Made by a program: the position numbers and the translations under genes
The notes under the pieces: model-generated
The model's input: only the letters and a program-made list of their open reading frames with translations
Databases searched by the model: none
What the model was told of the DNA's origin: nothing
Origin: an uncultured Alphaproteobacteria bacterium
GTDB lineage: Bacteria; Pseudomonadota; Alphaproteobacteria; RF32; CAG-239
Length of the DNA: 64,000 nucleotides
Direction of reading: 5' to 3'
Assembly: GCA_944390355.1 (NCBI GenBank)
Contig: CALXPT010000006.1
Span: 5,826-69,825, forward strand
In this document: piece after piece, positions 8,568 to 17,909 of the stretch
Position numbering within the stretch: the stretch's first letter is position 1
Layout of the letters: the number at the start of each line of letters is the position of its first letter

Positions 8568-9074
8568 ATGGATCTAAAAACAATAGAATTACAAACGCCC
8601 TATACCCCGCAAAGTCGTTTTAATGACCTGAAAGGGATAGAACCCGAGTTTTGGAAAAAGAAAAAACTCGAACAAATGAACAAAACCGAATGGGAGCTAT
8701 TGTGCGACGGCTGCGGCAAATGCTGTTTAAATAAGCTTGAAATCAAAGGCAAAATAAGATTCACAAACACGCATTGCCGTTTTTTAGATTGCCAAACATG
8801 TTTATGCAAAATCTACGAACACCGTTTTGAAAAAGTTCCCGATTGCCGCGATATAGATTTGCAAGCCATCCGAGAAAAGCCTCGCTGGTTACCCAAGACC
8901 TGCGCCTATTGGCTTTTAGACAACGGCTATGACCTGCCCGAGTGGCACCCGCTCATCACGGGCAACGCCGATTCGGTACACCAAGCAAAAATGTCGCTAA
9001 AAGGACGTAAAATTATCTCAGAAAGCGGAATTAAAGACTATGAAAATTACACTGTTAACTGGCAAGACTTATAA
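8568..9074 (+). CDS. YcgN/UPF0260-family Cys-cluster protein, copy 2 (canonical)
   Basis: 'EWELLCDGCGKCCLNKLE...FTNTHCRFLDCQTCLCKIYEHRFEKVPDCRDI...WLPKTCAYWLLDNGYDLPEWHPLITG' is near-collinear with E. coli YcgN. Confidence 0.8.
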   Translation: MDLKTIELQTPYTPQSRFNDLKGIEPEFWKKKKLEQMNKTEWELLCDGCGKCCLNKLEIKGKIRFTNTHCRFLDCQTCLCKIYEHRFEKVPDCRDIDLQAIREKPRWLPKTCAYWLLDNGYDLPEWHPLITGNADSVHQAKMSLKGRKIISESGIKDYENYTVNWQDL

Positions 9075-9750
9075 TATAGAGCAAGAGTTTGATTTTCCGC
9101 TCAAGATAGTAAAATCACCGCGAGCCAAAAAATTAACTCTCCGTATAGATTCAAAGGAACATCTACCGATTCTGACGCTTCCGCGTTATTGTTCGCAAAA
9201 AAAAGCCTTGGAATTTGTCTGTGCCCACACGGAATGGATAAAATCAACCTTAGCCAAATTGCCGACAAGCCATCCGTTTCAAAACGGCGATAGAATTTCC
9301 GTTTTCGGCAAAGAAGTAACGATTTCACACCAACCGCAACGACGCTTGGGAGCCAAAATAGAAAACGACTTATTGGTAGTTTCGGGCGAAGAAGAGTTTA
9401 TAAACCGCCGCATCAAAGATTTTATCAAGAAAAAAGCCGCTGATGAATTTTATAAACGTTCCAAAAAATACGCCAAGAAAATCGGCGTTGAATTCAATGA
9501 CGTAACCATAAAAGACACCAAATCAAGATGGGGAAGCTGCTCTTCGTTAAACAACCTCAATTACAGTTGGCGGATAGCACTGGCACCGGAATTTGTAATT
9601 AATTACCTAATGGCGCACGAAGTTGCCCATCTGGCTCATCCCAACCACTCGCAAAGTTTTTGGCAAACGGTGGCAAAGCTGATTCCGGATTATGAACAAG
9701 GGGAACTCTGGCTCAAAGAGCATGGCCGAGAGTTATACCGCTTTGAATAA
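9040..9750 (+). CDS. YgjP-like metal-dependent hydrolase (DUF45/WLM, M48-related)
   Basis: C-terminal 'HEVAHLAHPNHSQSFW' zinc-binding motif. 236 aa. The first ATG overlaps the upstream gene by 35 nt, so the start is uncertain. Confidence 0.75.
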   Translation: MKITLLTGKTYNIEQEFDFPLKIVKSPRAKKLTLRIDSKEHLPILTLPRYCSQKKALEFVCAHTEWIKSTLAKLPTSHPFQNGDRISVFGKEVTISHQPQRRLGAKIENDLLVVSGEEEFINRRIKDFIKKKAADEFYKRSKKYAKKIGVEFNDVTIKDTKSRWGSCSSLNNLNYSWRIALAPEFVINYLMAHEVAHLAHPNHSQSFWQTVAKLIPDYEQGELWLKEHGRELYRFE

Positions 9751-9829
9751 ACAAATATTGATTTTGCATTTCAAACACCCTATATTAATTAATGTCGACA
9801 ATTTTTTTTGACACGAGGAGACAGTTTAT

Positions 9830-10555
9830 ATGTTAGACAATTCAAAAGCACAAGTAACCGCTCTGGTAGATGAAGGCTTAAAAGACTATATGCTGAAAGT
9901 CTACAACTTCATGGCCGGTGGCTTGGCCGTAACCGCATTGGCGGCCTATGTTCTCATGAGTTCGCCGACTTTCATGCGCATATTTTTTTCATTTAACGAG
10001 GCCGGCTATGCAACCGGTATGTCCGCATTCGGCTGGATAATATTATTTGCGCCGTTAGTAATGGTATTTGCATTTAGCTGGGTTATCGCACGCGGCACAT
10101 CGCAACAAGTACAAATTTTATTCTGGAGCTATGCAGCGGTAATGGGCATATCATTAACACCAACCTTAATGATATACACCGGAGCGTCGGTCGCCCGCGT
10201 ATTTTTAATCACGGCCGCAATGTTTGGCGGCATGAGTTTGTATGGTTATACCACCAAAAAAGACTTAAGTGGTATGGGCTCATTTTTAATCATGGGTGTA
10301 TGGGGTATTGTAATCGCCTCAATCGTCAATTTGTTCATGCAAAGCCCTGGGTTATCTTATGCTATTTCGATTATAGCCGTTATAGCCTTTACGGGATTAA
10401 CTGCGTATGACACACAAAAGATTCGTCAAATCTACTTTGCCGGAGACGATAAAGAAACCTACACCAAGAAAGCCATTTTAGGAGCCTTGGAATTATATCT
10501 GGACTTTATCAATATGTTTATAGCACTTTTGCGTTTAATCGGCGACCGCCGTTAA
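9830..10555 (+). CDS. Bax-inhibitor-1/YccA family membrane protein
   Basis: 241 aa, 7 TM segments, BI-1-like N-terminus 'LKDYMLKVYNFMAGGLAVTA'. SD aggaga (spacing 7). Confidence 0.85.
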   Translation: MLDNSKAQVTALVDEGLKDYMLKVYNFMAGGLAVTALAAYVLMSSPTFMRIFFSFNEAGYATGMSAFGWIILFAPLVMVFAFSWVIARGTSQQVQILFWSYAAVMGISLTPTLMIYTGASVARVFLITAAMFGGMSLYGYTTKKDLSGMGSFLIMGVWGIVIASIVNLFMQSPGLSYAISIIAVIAFTGLTAYDTQKIRQIYFAGDDKETYTKKAILGALELYLDFINMFIALLRLIGDRR

Positions 10556-10573
10556 TTTCCAAATGCACGAAAC

Positions 10574-10606
10574 AAAACCGCAAGTTCAAAACTTGCGGTT
10601 TTTTAT
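10574..10606 (+). terminator. Rho-independent terminator
   Basis: Perfect 13-bp stem aaaaccgcaagtt / aacttgcggtttt followed by a T-run. Confidence 0.8.
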
Positions 10607-10607
10607 A

Positions 10608-10636
10608 TTGACAACAAAACAAAAAATAGTTATAAA
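10608..10636 (+). promoter_or_regulatory. Consensus sigma-70 promoter of the rpmH-rnpA-yidD-yidC operon
   Basis: TTGACA - 17 nt - TATAAA. It is followed by a ~90-nt leader containing two copies of aggcacatagcct. Confidence 0.6.
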
Positions 10637-10728
10637 GAGGCTGATTCCGAGGCTCAGGCACATAGCCTGAACTTAATTAATAATAATAACCAGAGGCACA
10701 TAGCCTCACATTTAACCGGAGAAATGAA

Positions 10729-10863
10729 ATGAAACGTACTTATCAACCAAGTAAATTGGTAAGAGCACGCCGCCACGGTTTCCGTGCCCGCATGGCCACC
10801 AAGAACGGCCGCAAAGTTTTGGCCGCTCGTCGTGCAAGAGGACGTGCAAAAATTTCTGCATAG
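10729..10863 (+). CDS. rpmH: 50S ribosomal protein L34 (absent from the ORF track because it is below the size cut-off)
   Basis: Translation [44 protein letters not shown] is a textbook L34. Confidence 0.9.
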   Translation: MKRTYQPSKLVRARRHGFRARMATKNGRKVLAARRARGRAKISA

Positions 10864-10876
10864 GCCAACTAAGCAT

Positions 10877-11227
10877 ATGGAAATTTTAACACTAAAAAAG
10901 CGTAAAGATTTTCTGAGAGTCGCCGGCAAAGGGGAAAGAGTAATAACCTCCACCCTCGTATTGCAGGCGGCTCAAACTTTATCAGCCCCGACAGATGCAT
11001 CATATGTGGGCTACACCACCACCAAAAAAATCGGCAAAGCCCATATCCGCAACCGCGCCCGTCGTCGTATGCGCGCCGCAGTTCGTCTGCTGTTTCCGTC
11101 TCTTGCACAGCCGCAAATGAGTTATGTCCTAATCGGCCGCTACAACACAGCAGATTGCGCTTTTTCCAAACTCTGCAAAGACCTCACCTATGCCCTCAAA
11201 AAAATATCGGCACAGTCCACGGAATAA
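10877..11227 (+). CDS. rnpA: RNase P protein component
   Basis: Directly follows rpmH. '[17 protein letters not shown]...[23 protein letters not shown]' is the RnpA signature. Start 'MEIL' at 10877. Confidence 0.85.
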   Translation: MEILTLKKRKDFLRVAGKGERVITSTLVLQAAQTLSAPTDASYVGYTTTKKIGKAHIRNRARRRMRAAVRLLFPSLAQPQMSYVLIGRYNTADCAFSKLCKDLTYALKKISAQSTE

Positions 11228-11238
11228 AGCCTTTTAAC

Positions 11239-11493
11239 ATGAAACAGCAAATACATCAACTTCTGAAAAAATTTTTCATTCTGCCGATAAGGTTTTATCA
11301 ACTATTCATATCGCCGTTTTTCCCGCAAGTTTGCCGCTATCATCCCACCTGCTCCCAATACATGATAGAGGCAATTCAAACCCATGGTATTATAAAGGGG
11401 CTATGGCTCGGCACCAAACGCATTTTGCGCTGTCATCCATGGGGAGGTTCGGGAGAAGACCCCGTACCGCCCAAACAGAAAAACCAGCATTAA
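11239..11493 (+). CDS. yidD: Membrane protein insertion efficiency factor YidD
   Basis: '[32 protein letters not shown]' is the YidD motif. Conserved position between rnpA and yidC. Confidence 0.85.
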   Translation: MKQQIHQLLKKFFILPIRFYQLFISPFFPQVCRYHPTCSQYMIEAIQTHGIIKGLWLGTKRILRCHPWGGSGEDPVPPKQKNQH

Positions 11494-11571
11494 ACACTTG
11501 CCATTACAATAAATATAGATTAAATTTCAATACAGATTTTTATATTGATTAATCCATAAACGGAGTATTTT

Positions 11572-13251
11572 ATGAACGAAGAAGAAAATAATATGAAAGG
11601 GATAATTTTAGCCACCCTTTTATGTGCATTGGTAATTATCATCAGCCGCTACTTGTTTCCGGTAGCAGAAATTACACCGCAAACAACCGAACAAGCAAAA
11701 ATCAGCGAACAAACGGCAACCGCTCCTGCGAGAGAAGAGACACAAACGGAGAGTGAAATTTTTCCGGTTGACCAAATTTTATCATCAGCACCACGCATCA
11801 ATATAGAAAACGAGGCTATAGAAGGTTCCTTGCGCGTACAAGGTGCAAGATTTGATGATTTGCTGCTTCGTAAATACAAACAAACTTTGTCCGCGGATTC
11901 CGCCGATGTTGAACTGCTGGCACCTGCTAAGACAAAATCCCCTTATTATGCGGAATTCGGCTGGCTTTCGACTCAAAAAGGCGTCAAGACCCCAAACAAA
12001 GACACAATCTGGACGGTTAAGGGCAAACAACTAACCCCTGACACCCCCATAATAATGGAATATAACGCCCCACAAGGATTGCGTTTCATCCGCACCGTTT
12101 CGTTAGATAAAAATTACATGTTCACAATTACCGACAGCGTCGAAAACAATTCCAACCAAACCATCACATTATACCCCTATGGATTAATATCGCGCACACC
12201 GGCCAAAGACACCGAAACAACATCCGTCGTACACCACGGTATCACCGGCGTTTTGGATAATACGTTACACGAAATCAAATTTAATGACTTGGACGAAGGC
12301 GAAAGCGAAAAATACCAAACCAACGGCGGCTGGGCCGGTTTCTCGGATCGCTATTGGTTTAGTGCGTTTATTTTAGATAATACGAATCATCAAACCGTAA
12401 AGACCAGCCGCATAAATAAAGAGACCTATCAGGTTGACTACTTGGGAGAGCCGATAAAAATAGCCCAAGGCGCGGTCGGCACTACCACGGTTAAGTTTTT
12501 TGCCGGAGCCAAAGAGATAAAGTTGCTGGATAAATACCAAAAACAATTGAATATTCCCAAATTTGACTTAGCTGTAGATTTTGGCTGGTACTACTTTTTA
12601 ACCAAACCGTTCTTTTATATTCTGGACTTTTTATACAATCTGATTGGCAACATGGGATGGGCAATTTTGCTGTTTGCCTTTTTGCTGAGAATAGCCATGT
12701 ACCCAATAGCAAGCAAATCCTATGACAGCATGTCAAAGATGAAAAAGTTGCAACCGAAAATCAAAACCCTGCAAGAACGCTACGGCGATGACAAAATGAA
12801 ATTGCAACAAGAAACAATGAATTTGTACCGCAAAGAAAAAATCAATCCGGCAGCCGGCTGCCTACCGCTTTTGATACAAATTCCGGTATTTTTCTCATTG
12901 TACAAAGTGCTTAACATTGCAATAGAGATTCGCCACGCACCGTTTATCGGCTGGATAAAAGACTTATCGGCACCGGACCCGCTGACAATATCGGTATGGA
13001 CGCATCTGCCGATTCCCTCGATTTTAGATATCGGTGTATGGCCAATCATCATGGGTATAACGATGTATATCCAACAGAAGCTTAATCCGGCTCCGACCAA
13101 CAAGGATCAAGCCCGCGCATTTGCCATGTTGCCACTGATATTCACGTTCATGCTTGGCCATTTCGCCTCCGGATTGGTAATTTATTGGACATTAACCAAC
13201 ATCCTTTCCTTAATTCAGCAAAAAATCATCATGAAGAAAAACGGAATATAA
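11572..13251 (+). CDS. yidC: Membrane protein insertase YidC
   Basis: 559 aa with a large periplasmic domain and a C-terminal 5-TM Oxa1 core ('MYPIASKSYDSMSKMKKLQPKIKTLQERYGDDKMKLQQETMNLYRKEKINP'). Confidence 0.95.
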   Translation: MNEEENNMKGIILATLLCALVIIISRYLFPVAEITPQTTEQAKISEQTATAPAREETQTESEIFPVDQILSSAPRINIENEAIEGSLRVQGARFDDLLLRKYKQTLSADSADVELLAPAKTKSPYYAEFGWLSTQKGVKTPNKDTIWTVKGKQLTPDTPIIMEYNAPQGLRFIRTVSLDKNYMFTITDSVENNSNQTITLYPYGLISRTPAKDTETTSVVHHGITGVLDNTLHEIKFNDLDEGESEKYQTNGGWAGFSDRYWFSAFILDNTNHQTVKTSRINKETYQVDYLGEPIKIAQGAVGTTTVKFFAGAKEIKLLDKYQKQLNIPKFDLAVDFGWYYFLTKPFFYILDFLYNLIGNMGWAILLFAFLLRIAMYPIASKSYDSMSKMKKLQPKIKTLQERYGDDKMKLQQETMNLYRKEKINPAAGCLPLLIQIPVFFSLYKVLNIAIEIRHAPFIGWIKDLSAPDPLTISVWTHLPIPSILDIGVWPIIMGITMYIQQKLNPAPTNKDQARAFAMLPLIFTFMLGHFASGLVIYWTLTNILSLIQQKIIMKKNGI

Positions 13252-13255
13252 ACCA

Positions 13256-13897
13256 ATGACCGACAACTGTGATAAATTCTCCGCTCAAGAATACCAATAT
13301 GCCGAAACCTTATTCAGAGAACCGGTGAGCTTTGTTTTGAGCGTTGCGGATTTATCACAGTTGCCGTTAAGCGAAATCAGCGAAGTTGCATTTGCGGGGC
13401 GTTCAAATGTCGGCAAATCGAGCATAATTAATGCCCTGTTCGGGCAAAAAAAATTAGCCAAGACCTCAAACACCCCAGGGCGAACCCAGCAGTTAAATTA
13501 CTTTAATATAAATAATAAAATTCATATAGTTGACCTCCCCGGCTACGGCTACGCGGAAGCCCCCGAAAAACTGGTCAAACAATGGCAAAATCTTATTTTT
13601 GATTATCTACGCGGACGTGTTAACTTAAAGAGAGTTTTCGTATTAATCGATTCGCGGCACGGCATCAAACAATCGGATAAAGAGATTTTCGATTTGCTGG
13701 ATAAAGCAGCCGTTACCTACCAACTGGTATTAACCAAAACCGATAAAATCACAAGCAAAGAACTCGAAAAACAAGTTGAATTGCTAAAGAGCGAAATCAA
13801 GAAACACGCCGCAGCTTACAATGACATCATCGCTACCAGTTCGGTAAAAGGGACAGGATTAAGTGAACTTAAAGCCGAAATTTCAACATTAATATAA
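13256..13897 (+). CDS. engB: Ribosome biogenesis GTPase YihA/EngB
   Basis: GRSNVGKSS (G1), DLPGYGYA (G3), TKTDK (G4). Immediately downstream of yidC, as is typical for Alphaproteobacteria. Confidence 0.9.
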   Translation: MTDNCDKFSAQEYQYAETLFREPVSFVLSVADLSQLPLSEISEVAFAGRSNVGKSSIINALFGQKKLAKTSNTPGRTQQLNYFNINNKIHIVDLPGYGYAEAPEKLVKQWQNLIFDYLRGRVNLKRVFVLIDSRHGIKQSDKEIFDLLDKAAVTYQLVLTKTDKITSKELEKQVELLKSEIKKHAAAYNDIIATSSVKGTGLSELKAEISTLI

Positions 13898-14305
13898 TAT
13901 CTACTGTCTCTCTGGGGAAAAAACATTTGACAAAATCGCCCAACAGAATAATAATATGCGCGTAACTTAAATTATTATACCATGAAAAAAGAAAAAATAG
14001 GAAAAGAAGTATTAATCATACTTCTCCTAACAATTTTAACAATCGGCGTATCATTGCACTATAGTTTCAACCCTTTAGCAGCCATTTACGCCCTTTGTTG
14101 GGGATTAACACTGGTTGAACTAAATCGAGCCATTGTCCACACCCCCAAAGAGCAAGGAGGACAATAAGCTGCCGCGAACCGACATAATTTATGATTTATG
14201 CCAGCCTGCCGCAACTTATTATCCGCAAACAAAAACACCGATTTTCATCGGTGTTTTTAATATTTATACCACAGAACCATCGAAGCGAAAGATACGACGA
14301 TACTT

Positions 14306-15418
14306 TCAATCAATTTTGGAAATGAGATATTCAATATCTTTTTTATCCAAATCCTCTTCGGCATTAGCATAAGATAAAATACGCTCAATAACTTTATGAG
14401 TAAACACCTGTTGATTGCTGTTTTTAATGTCAAAACGAATATCTTTAATCACCTTAAGAGCGCAAAACACGGCCGGAAAAAAGTTTTTAGGAATAAAGGC
14501 CTTACGCAGCAAATTCCGCACCACGAAATCGACTTGAGAATTATATAAAATTTTGCGCACCTCGGTAATAGGCATATTAGCCAAATAAACGATAGCATAT
14601 TCAAAAAACTTCAAATCCCCCATACAAATGGAGCGTACTACAAAAGAAGGGGTTAATTTATTAGAGCTGTAAAGCTCATGAACCAAAGCCTCAACCTGTT
14701 TATCTGAGCTAAATTCAGCCGAAACTTTCAAGGTTGCCTTTTCTTTAACCTTCTCAATCAAATCGGTAGCAACATCGGCAGGGAGTTTGTGTTTAAGAAT
14801 AAGCCTTTTTTGCAAATCATCGGAAAGGGAATCCAAAATTTTGGTAATAACCGTAACGGGAAGTTCATCGCGACTAACCAAAGATTGCTGAACATTTTTG
14901 CTCTCACCATACTTAGAAATAATATTTTGAAAAGTATTTTCACGAATATTAGCCGTGTTATTAGAAATAAGAGTAACCACCACTTCTTCATTACATTTAT
15001 TAACAATATAATCAGACACATCATCGGACAAATTACGACGTTGAGCTACGGCTTTTTGTTTGCTGACATTCTGAGCATTGATAATACCAAGTAAATCCTC
15101 ATCCGAAAGACCTTCGTAATACTTAATAAACGGAATAGAAACCGAGTTTTCATCATTAATAAGTTTTTTCACTAAATCATGAGGCACATCTTTGCTGTTT
15201 TTCAAGCACTCAGAGAGTATCTGGCGAACTTTAACCTCAACATCCTGCACCATAATTCTAAAAATATCTTCAGCCAGCTTGCGTTCATTTAAAGAAATAT
15301 TTGCTTGATCATAAAGCTCAGACAATTTATTAACTGTCAAAATTTTATTTTCAACCGAAGGACTTTCAGAAAGATTACGAACATCTTCTTCAGACAATAT
15401 CTTCTTATTATTAGCCAT
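14306..15418 (-). CDS. DUF2336-family protein (alphaproteobacterial conserved hypothetical)
   Basis: 370-aa soluble ORF with a repetitive helical architecture. The DUF2336 assignment is from recall. Confidence 0.55.
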   Translation of the reverse strand: MANNKKILSEEDVRNLSESPSVENKILTVNKLSELYDQANISLNERKLAEDIFRIMVQDVEVKVRQILSECLKNSKDVPHDLVKKLINDENSVSIPFIKYYEGLSDEDLLGIINAQNVSKQKAVAQRRNLSDDVSDYIVNKCNEEVVVTLISNNTANIRENTFQNIISKYGESKNVQQSLVSRDELPVTVITKILDSLSDDLQKRLILKHKLPADVATDLIEKVKEKATLKVSAEFSSDKQVEALVHELYSSNKLTPSFVVRSICMGDLKFFEYAIVYLANMPITEVRKILYNSQVDFVVRNLLRKAFIPKNFFPAVFCALKVIKDIRFDIKNSNQQVFTHKVIERILSYANAEEDLDKKDIEYLISKID

Positions 15419-15498
15419 AACACTTTCCCAATAAACAACTCAACAACTACATCATATAACAAAAATTATATAAATTTATATTAATTTTATGTTACAAA

Positions 15499-16383
15499 TT
15501 AAACTTGCCCAAGAACAGCCTTTTTATCAACATCCTCCAAACGATAAAAAGTAATAAGATAATCCATCATACCGGCAAAATTTTCTAAAGGATTCGCAAA
15601 AATCACATACGGCACCAAGAAATGACCGGATAAATACTTTTCTCGATAGCGTAATCTTGTCCGCATATAACGAAAAGTTTCAAAATTAACGGAAGAATTA
15701 ACCTCTAAAGCAAACGCCGCCATAGAATCATACAGCGAGGGGAAGATTTTGATACGATATTGAGCATTTTCATCATCATGAGGCTTAAGACCTTGATTAG
15801 AATACCACACGAGCTGACGGTACAAATTATTGGAATAAGGCACAAACTTAGCCTTTCCCCAATTAGTATTAATAGCCGCCGCCGCAATTAGGATTGAAGG
15901 AGGCACCCCATCCACCCGAACGCTCAATTCTTCCAACAAAACATCATACCGTTTTTTGCCTTTTTCGCGAGTAAAGACATCATATTTCGACGCAAAACCA
16001 TCAATCATCTGCCGGTCAACATCATCCAAAGCCTCATTTTTGTTCTTATAATTTAAATGAGAGATAACCTCACGCTCGTCTGCAATTTCTTGATTTATTT
16101 TTAAGGACAAGGGAATCAAAATCATCATAAACAAACGGCGTTGTTCCATCTCGGAAGGAATATCCAAATAATCTTTTGGCAAAGATTCAACCAAGACTTC
16201 AGGATAACTCCACTGACTTTTATCCCATTTTTGCGCATACAAATAATTATCATAATCATAAGACTTAAAGATGTCGACCAATTCTTGAGCAGAAACATTG
16301 CCGACAGCCCTTGCCTGCACACAACAAGGAACAAGCAAACCCCAAACGACCGCGAGTCCTATACTAAGCTTTGAAATTCTCAA
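15499..16383 (-). CDS. Secreted glucosaminidase-domain protein (Bax/FlgJ-like peptidoglycan hydrolase)
   Basis: Signal peptide 'MRISKLSIGLAVVWGLLVPCCVQARA'. The central region 'ILIAAAAINTNWGKAKFVPYSNNLYRQ' resembles glucosaminidase domains. Confidence 0.55.
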   Translation of the reverse strand: MRISKLSIGLAVVWGLLVPCCVQARAVGNVSAQELVDIFKSYDYDNYLYAQKWDKSQWSYPEVLVESLPKDYLDIPSEMEQRRLFMMILIPLSLKINQEIADEREVISHLNYKNKNEALDDVDRQMIDGFASKYDVFTREKGKKRYDVLLEELSVRVDGVPPSILIAAAAINTNWGKAKFVPYSNNLYRQLVWYSNQGLKPHDDENAQYRIKIFPSLYDSMAAFALEVNSSVNFETFRYMRTRLRYREKYLSGHFLVPYVIFANPLENFAGMMDYLITFYRLEDVDKKAVLGQV

Positions 16384-16900
16384 CGGCTTTGACCTCCGGA
16401 ATATAGGTTTTCAAAACTTTTTCGACCCCTTCTTTTAAAGTAACACCGGCATAAGGGCAACCGGCACAAGCCCCTTTCATCTCCACATAGACGATACCGT
16501 TTTCAAATCTGACAAAAGCAATATCACCTTTGTCCTGCTGCACGGCCGGCCGAATTCTGGCATCAAGCAAACCTTTAATTTTTGCGATGACAACAGCCTC
16601 ATCATGAGGATTCTCCGAAATTACGATATGTTCTCCCGTTGCCAAGAAATCCATAATCTCCGCCAATATAAGCGGTTTCAAATCATCCCAAGCGGCATCG
16701 GCACATTTTTTAACCGAAATCATATCCGGCGTAATAAAAACCGAGCAAATCCCGCCCAAATCAAAAATATTTTCCGCCAAAGGAGACTTGCGCATTGTCT
16801 TGGCATCAACAAACTCTGCCTCACCGTTTTCAAGGAGCTTAACATCCGGAAAAAAATTCATAACATCAACATCAGGAGTAACTTGCGTTTGAATCAACAT
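16364..16900 (-). CDS. NifU-like Fe-S cluster assembly protein (Nfu family)
   Basis: C-terminal 'GIVYVEMKGACAGCPYAGVTLKEGVEKVL' carries the CxxC Nfu motif. Confidence 0.8.
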   Translation of the reverse strand: MLIQTQVTPDVDVMNFFPDVKLLENGEAEFVDAKTMRKSPLAENIFDLGGICSVFITPDMISVKKCADAAWDDLKPLILAEIMDFLATGEHIVISENPHDEAVVIAKIKGLLDARIRPAVQQDKGDIAFVRFENGIVYVEMKGACAGCPYAGVTLKEGVEKVLKTYIPEVKAVENFKA

Positions 16901-16908
16901 ATCAATAA

Positions 16909-17907
16909 CTACCTCACCTCAAAATGACGAACAATATCCACAATCAAAGAACGAGCTTTTAGAATATAAAAGGCCAAATAACTCAAATGATTTGAGGCCA
17001 TAACATCAGACAAGTCAGCATTTCGGATAATAACCGGTTGAATGGCAACCGCTTGTTCCAAAGCACTGAGCAATCTCGTCCATTTCTCATAAACTTCATT
17101 TTCTACAATAATTTTGCGATAATCATTACCGATAGCACGTAACAAAATCAAATAACCGTAAGCTTTGCCTTGATTATAAAAGAAAACATCATCAGCTTTA
17201 CCGTCCAAAAAATCGCCGCTGTATTCACGGATTTGCACTTCCAGTTGCGCATCCGAAACCTCAAGACTTTTTGCCACGGCCTCTAACACAGGTGCTAAGG
17301 ATATTTCACTGGGAACAAAAGAAACAATCCCATTTTCCAGTTGTTCGTTATAAGTAAGCAAATGCTGACGGGCTTTGCGATATTGTCTTGCGGAAGAAGG
17401 AGCGGGAATCAAATTGCTGTCCGAGCGAAACAACCAAATATCCCCTGGGTATGTCAACAAATCAGCAGCTTCGGACAATTCAGAGGATTCGGTAGCATTC
17501 ATTTGCTTGCTCAAATTAAGAGCCACCACCTCATTAGCCTTCATAAGACCGAGTTGAAAATTCGGCATATTATCCAAGAAATAAGACGGAAAGAAAAAAG
17601 GCAGATTCGCCGTCCACAAATGCACATTCACTTCGCGGTCAATCAACATTGCCAAAGTATCAATAGACGCAAGACGTTTTTCATGAACTGGAACAATTTC
17701 ATAATTCGGGTTTCTGTCAATATGATGAATAAAGAACGCCCCCAGAGGATAATACAGACAAACAACAAAAGCCAAACCGAGCAAAATAAAATGCCACCAA
17801 GATTTCAAGAAGAAGACGCCGGCCTGCACGAAGCTCCCTTTTGCCAAGCGAGAATTTTTAAGTTTACGTTTTAAGAAAGTCGCAAATTGTCTAATATACT
17901 TTTTCAT
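16909..17907 (-). CDS. Hypothetical membrane-anchored protein
   Basis: 332 aa with a single N-terminal TM segment. Tightly packed (2-nt gap) against murJ. Confidence 0.5.
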   Translation of the reverse strand: MKKYIRQFATFLKRKLKNSRLAKGSFVQAGVFFLKSWWHFILLGLAFVVCLYYPLGAFFIHHIDRNPNYEIVPVHEKRLASIDTLAMLIDREVNVHLWTANLPFFFPSYFLDNMPNFQLGLMKANEVVALNLSKQMNATESSELSEAADLLTYPGDIWLFRSDSNLIPAPSSARQYRKARQHLLTYNEQLENGIVSFVPSEISLAPVLEAVAKSLEVSDAQLEVQIREYSGDFLDGKADDVFFYNQGKAYGYLILLRAIGNDYRKIIVENEVYEKWTRLLSALEQAVAIQPVIIRNADLSDVMASNHLSYLAFYILKARSLIVDIVRHFEVR

Positions 17908-17909
17908 GG

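Noticed and set aside
13982-14167. 61-aa ORF with one TM helix in the engB/DUF2336 intergenic region
   Set aside because: It has no RBS and is short. It could be a genuine small membrane protein, but the evidence is insufficient.
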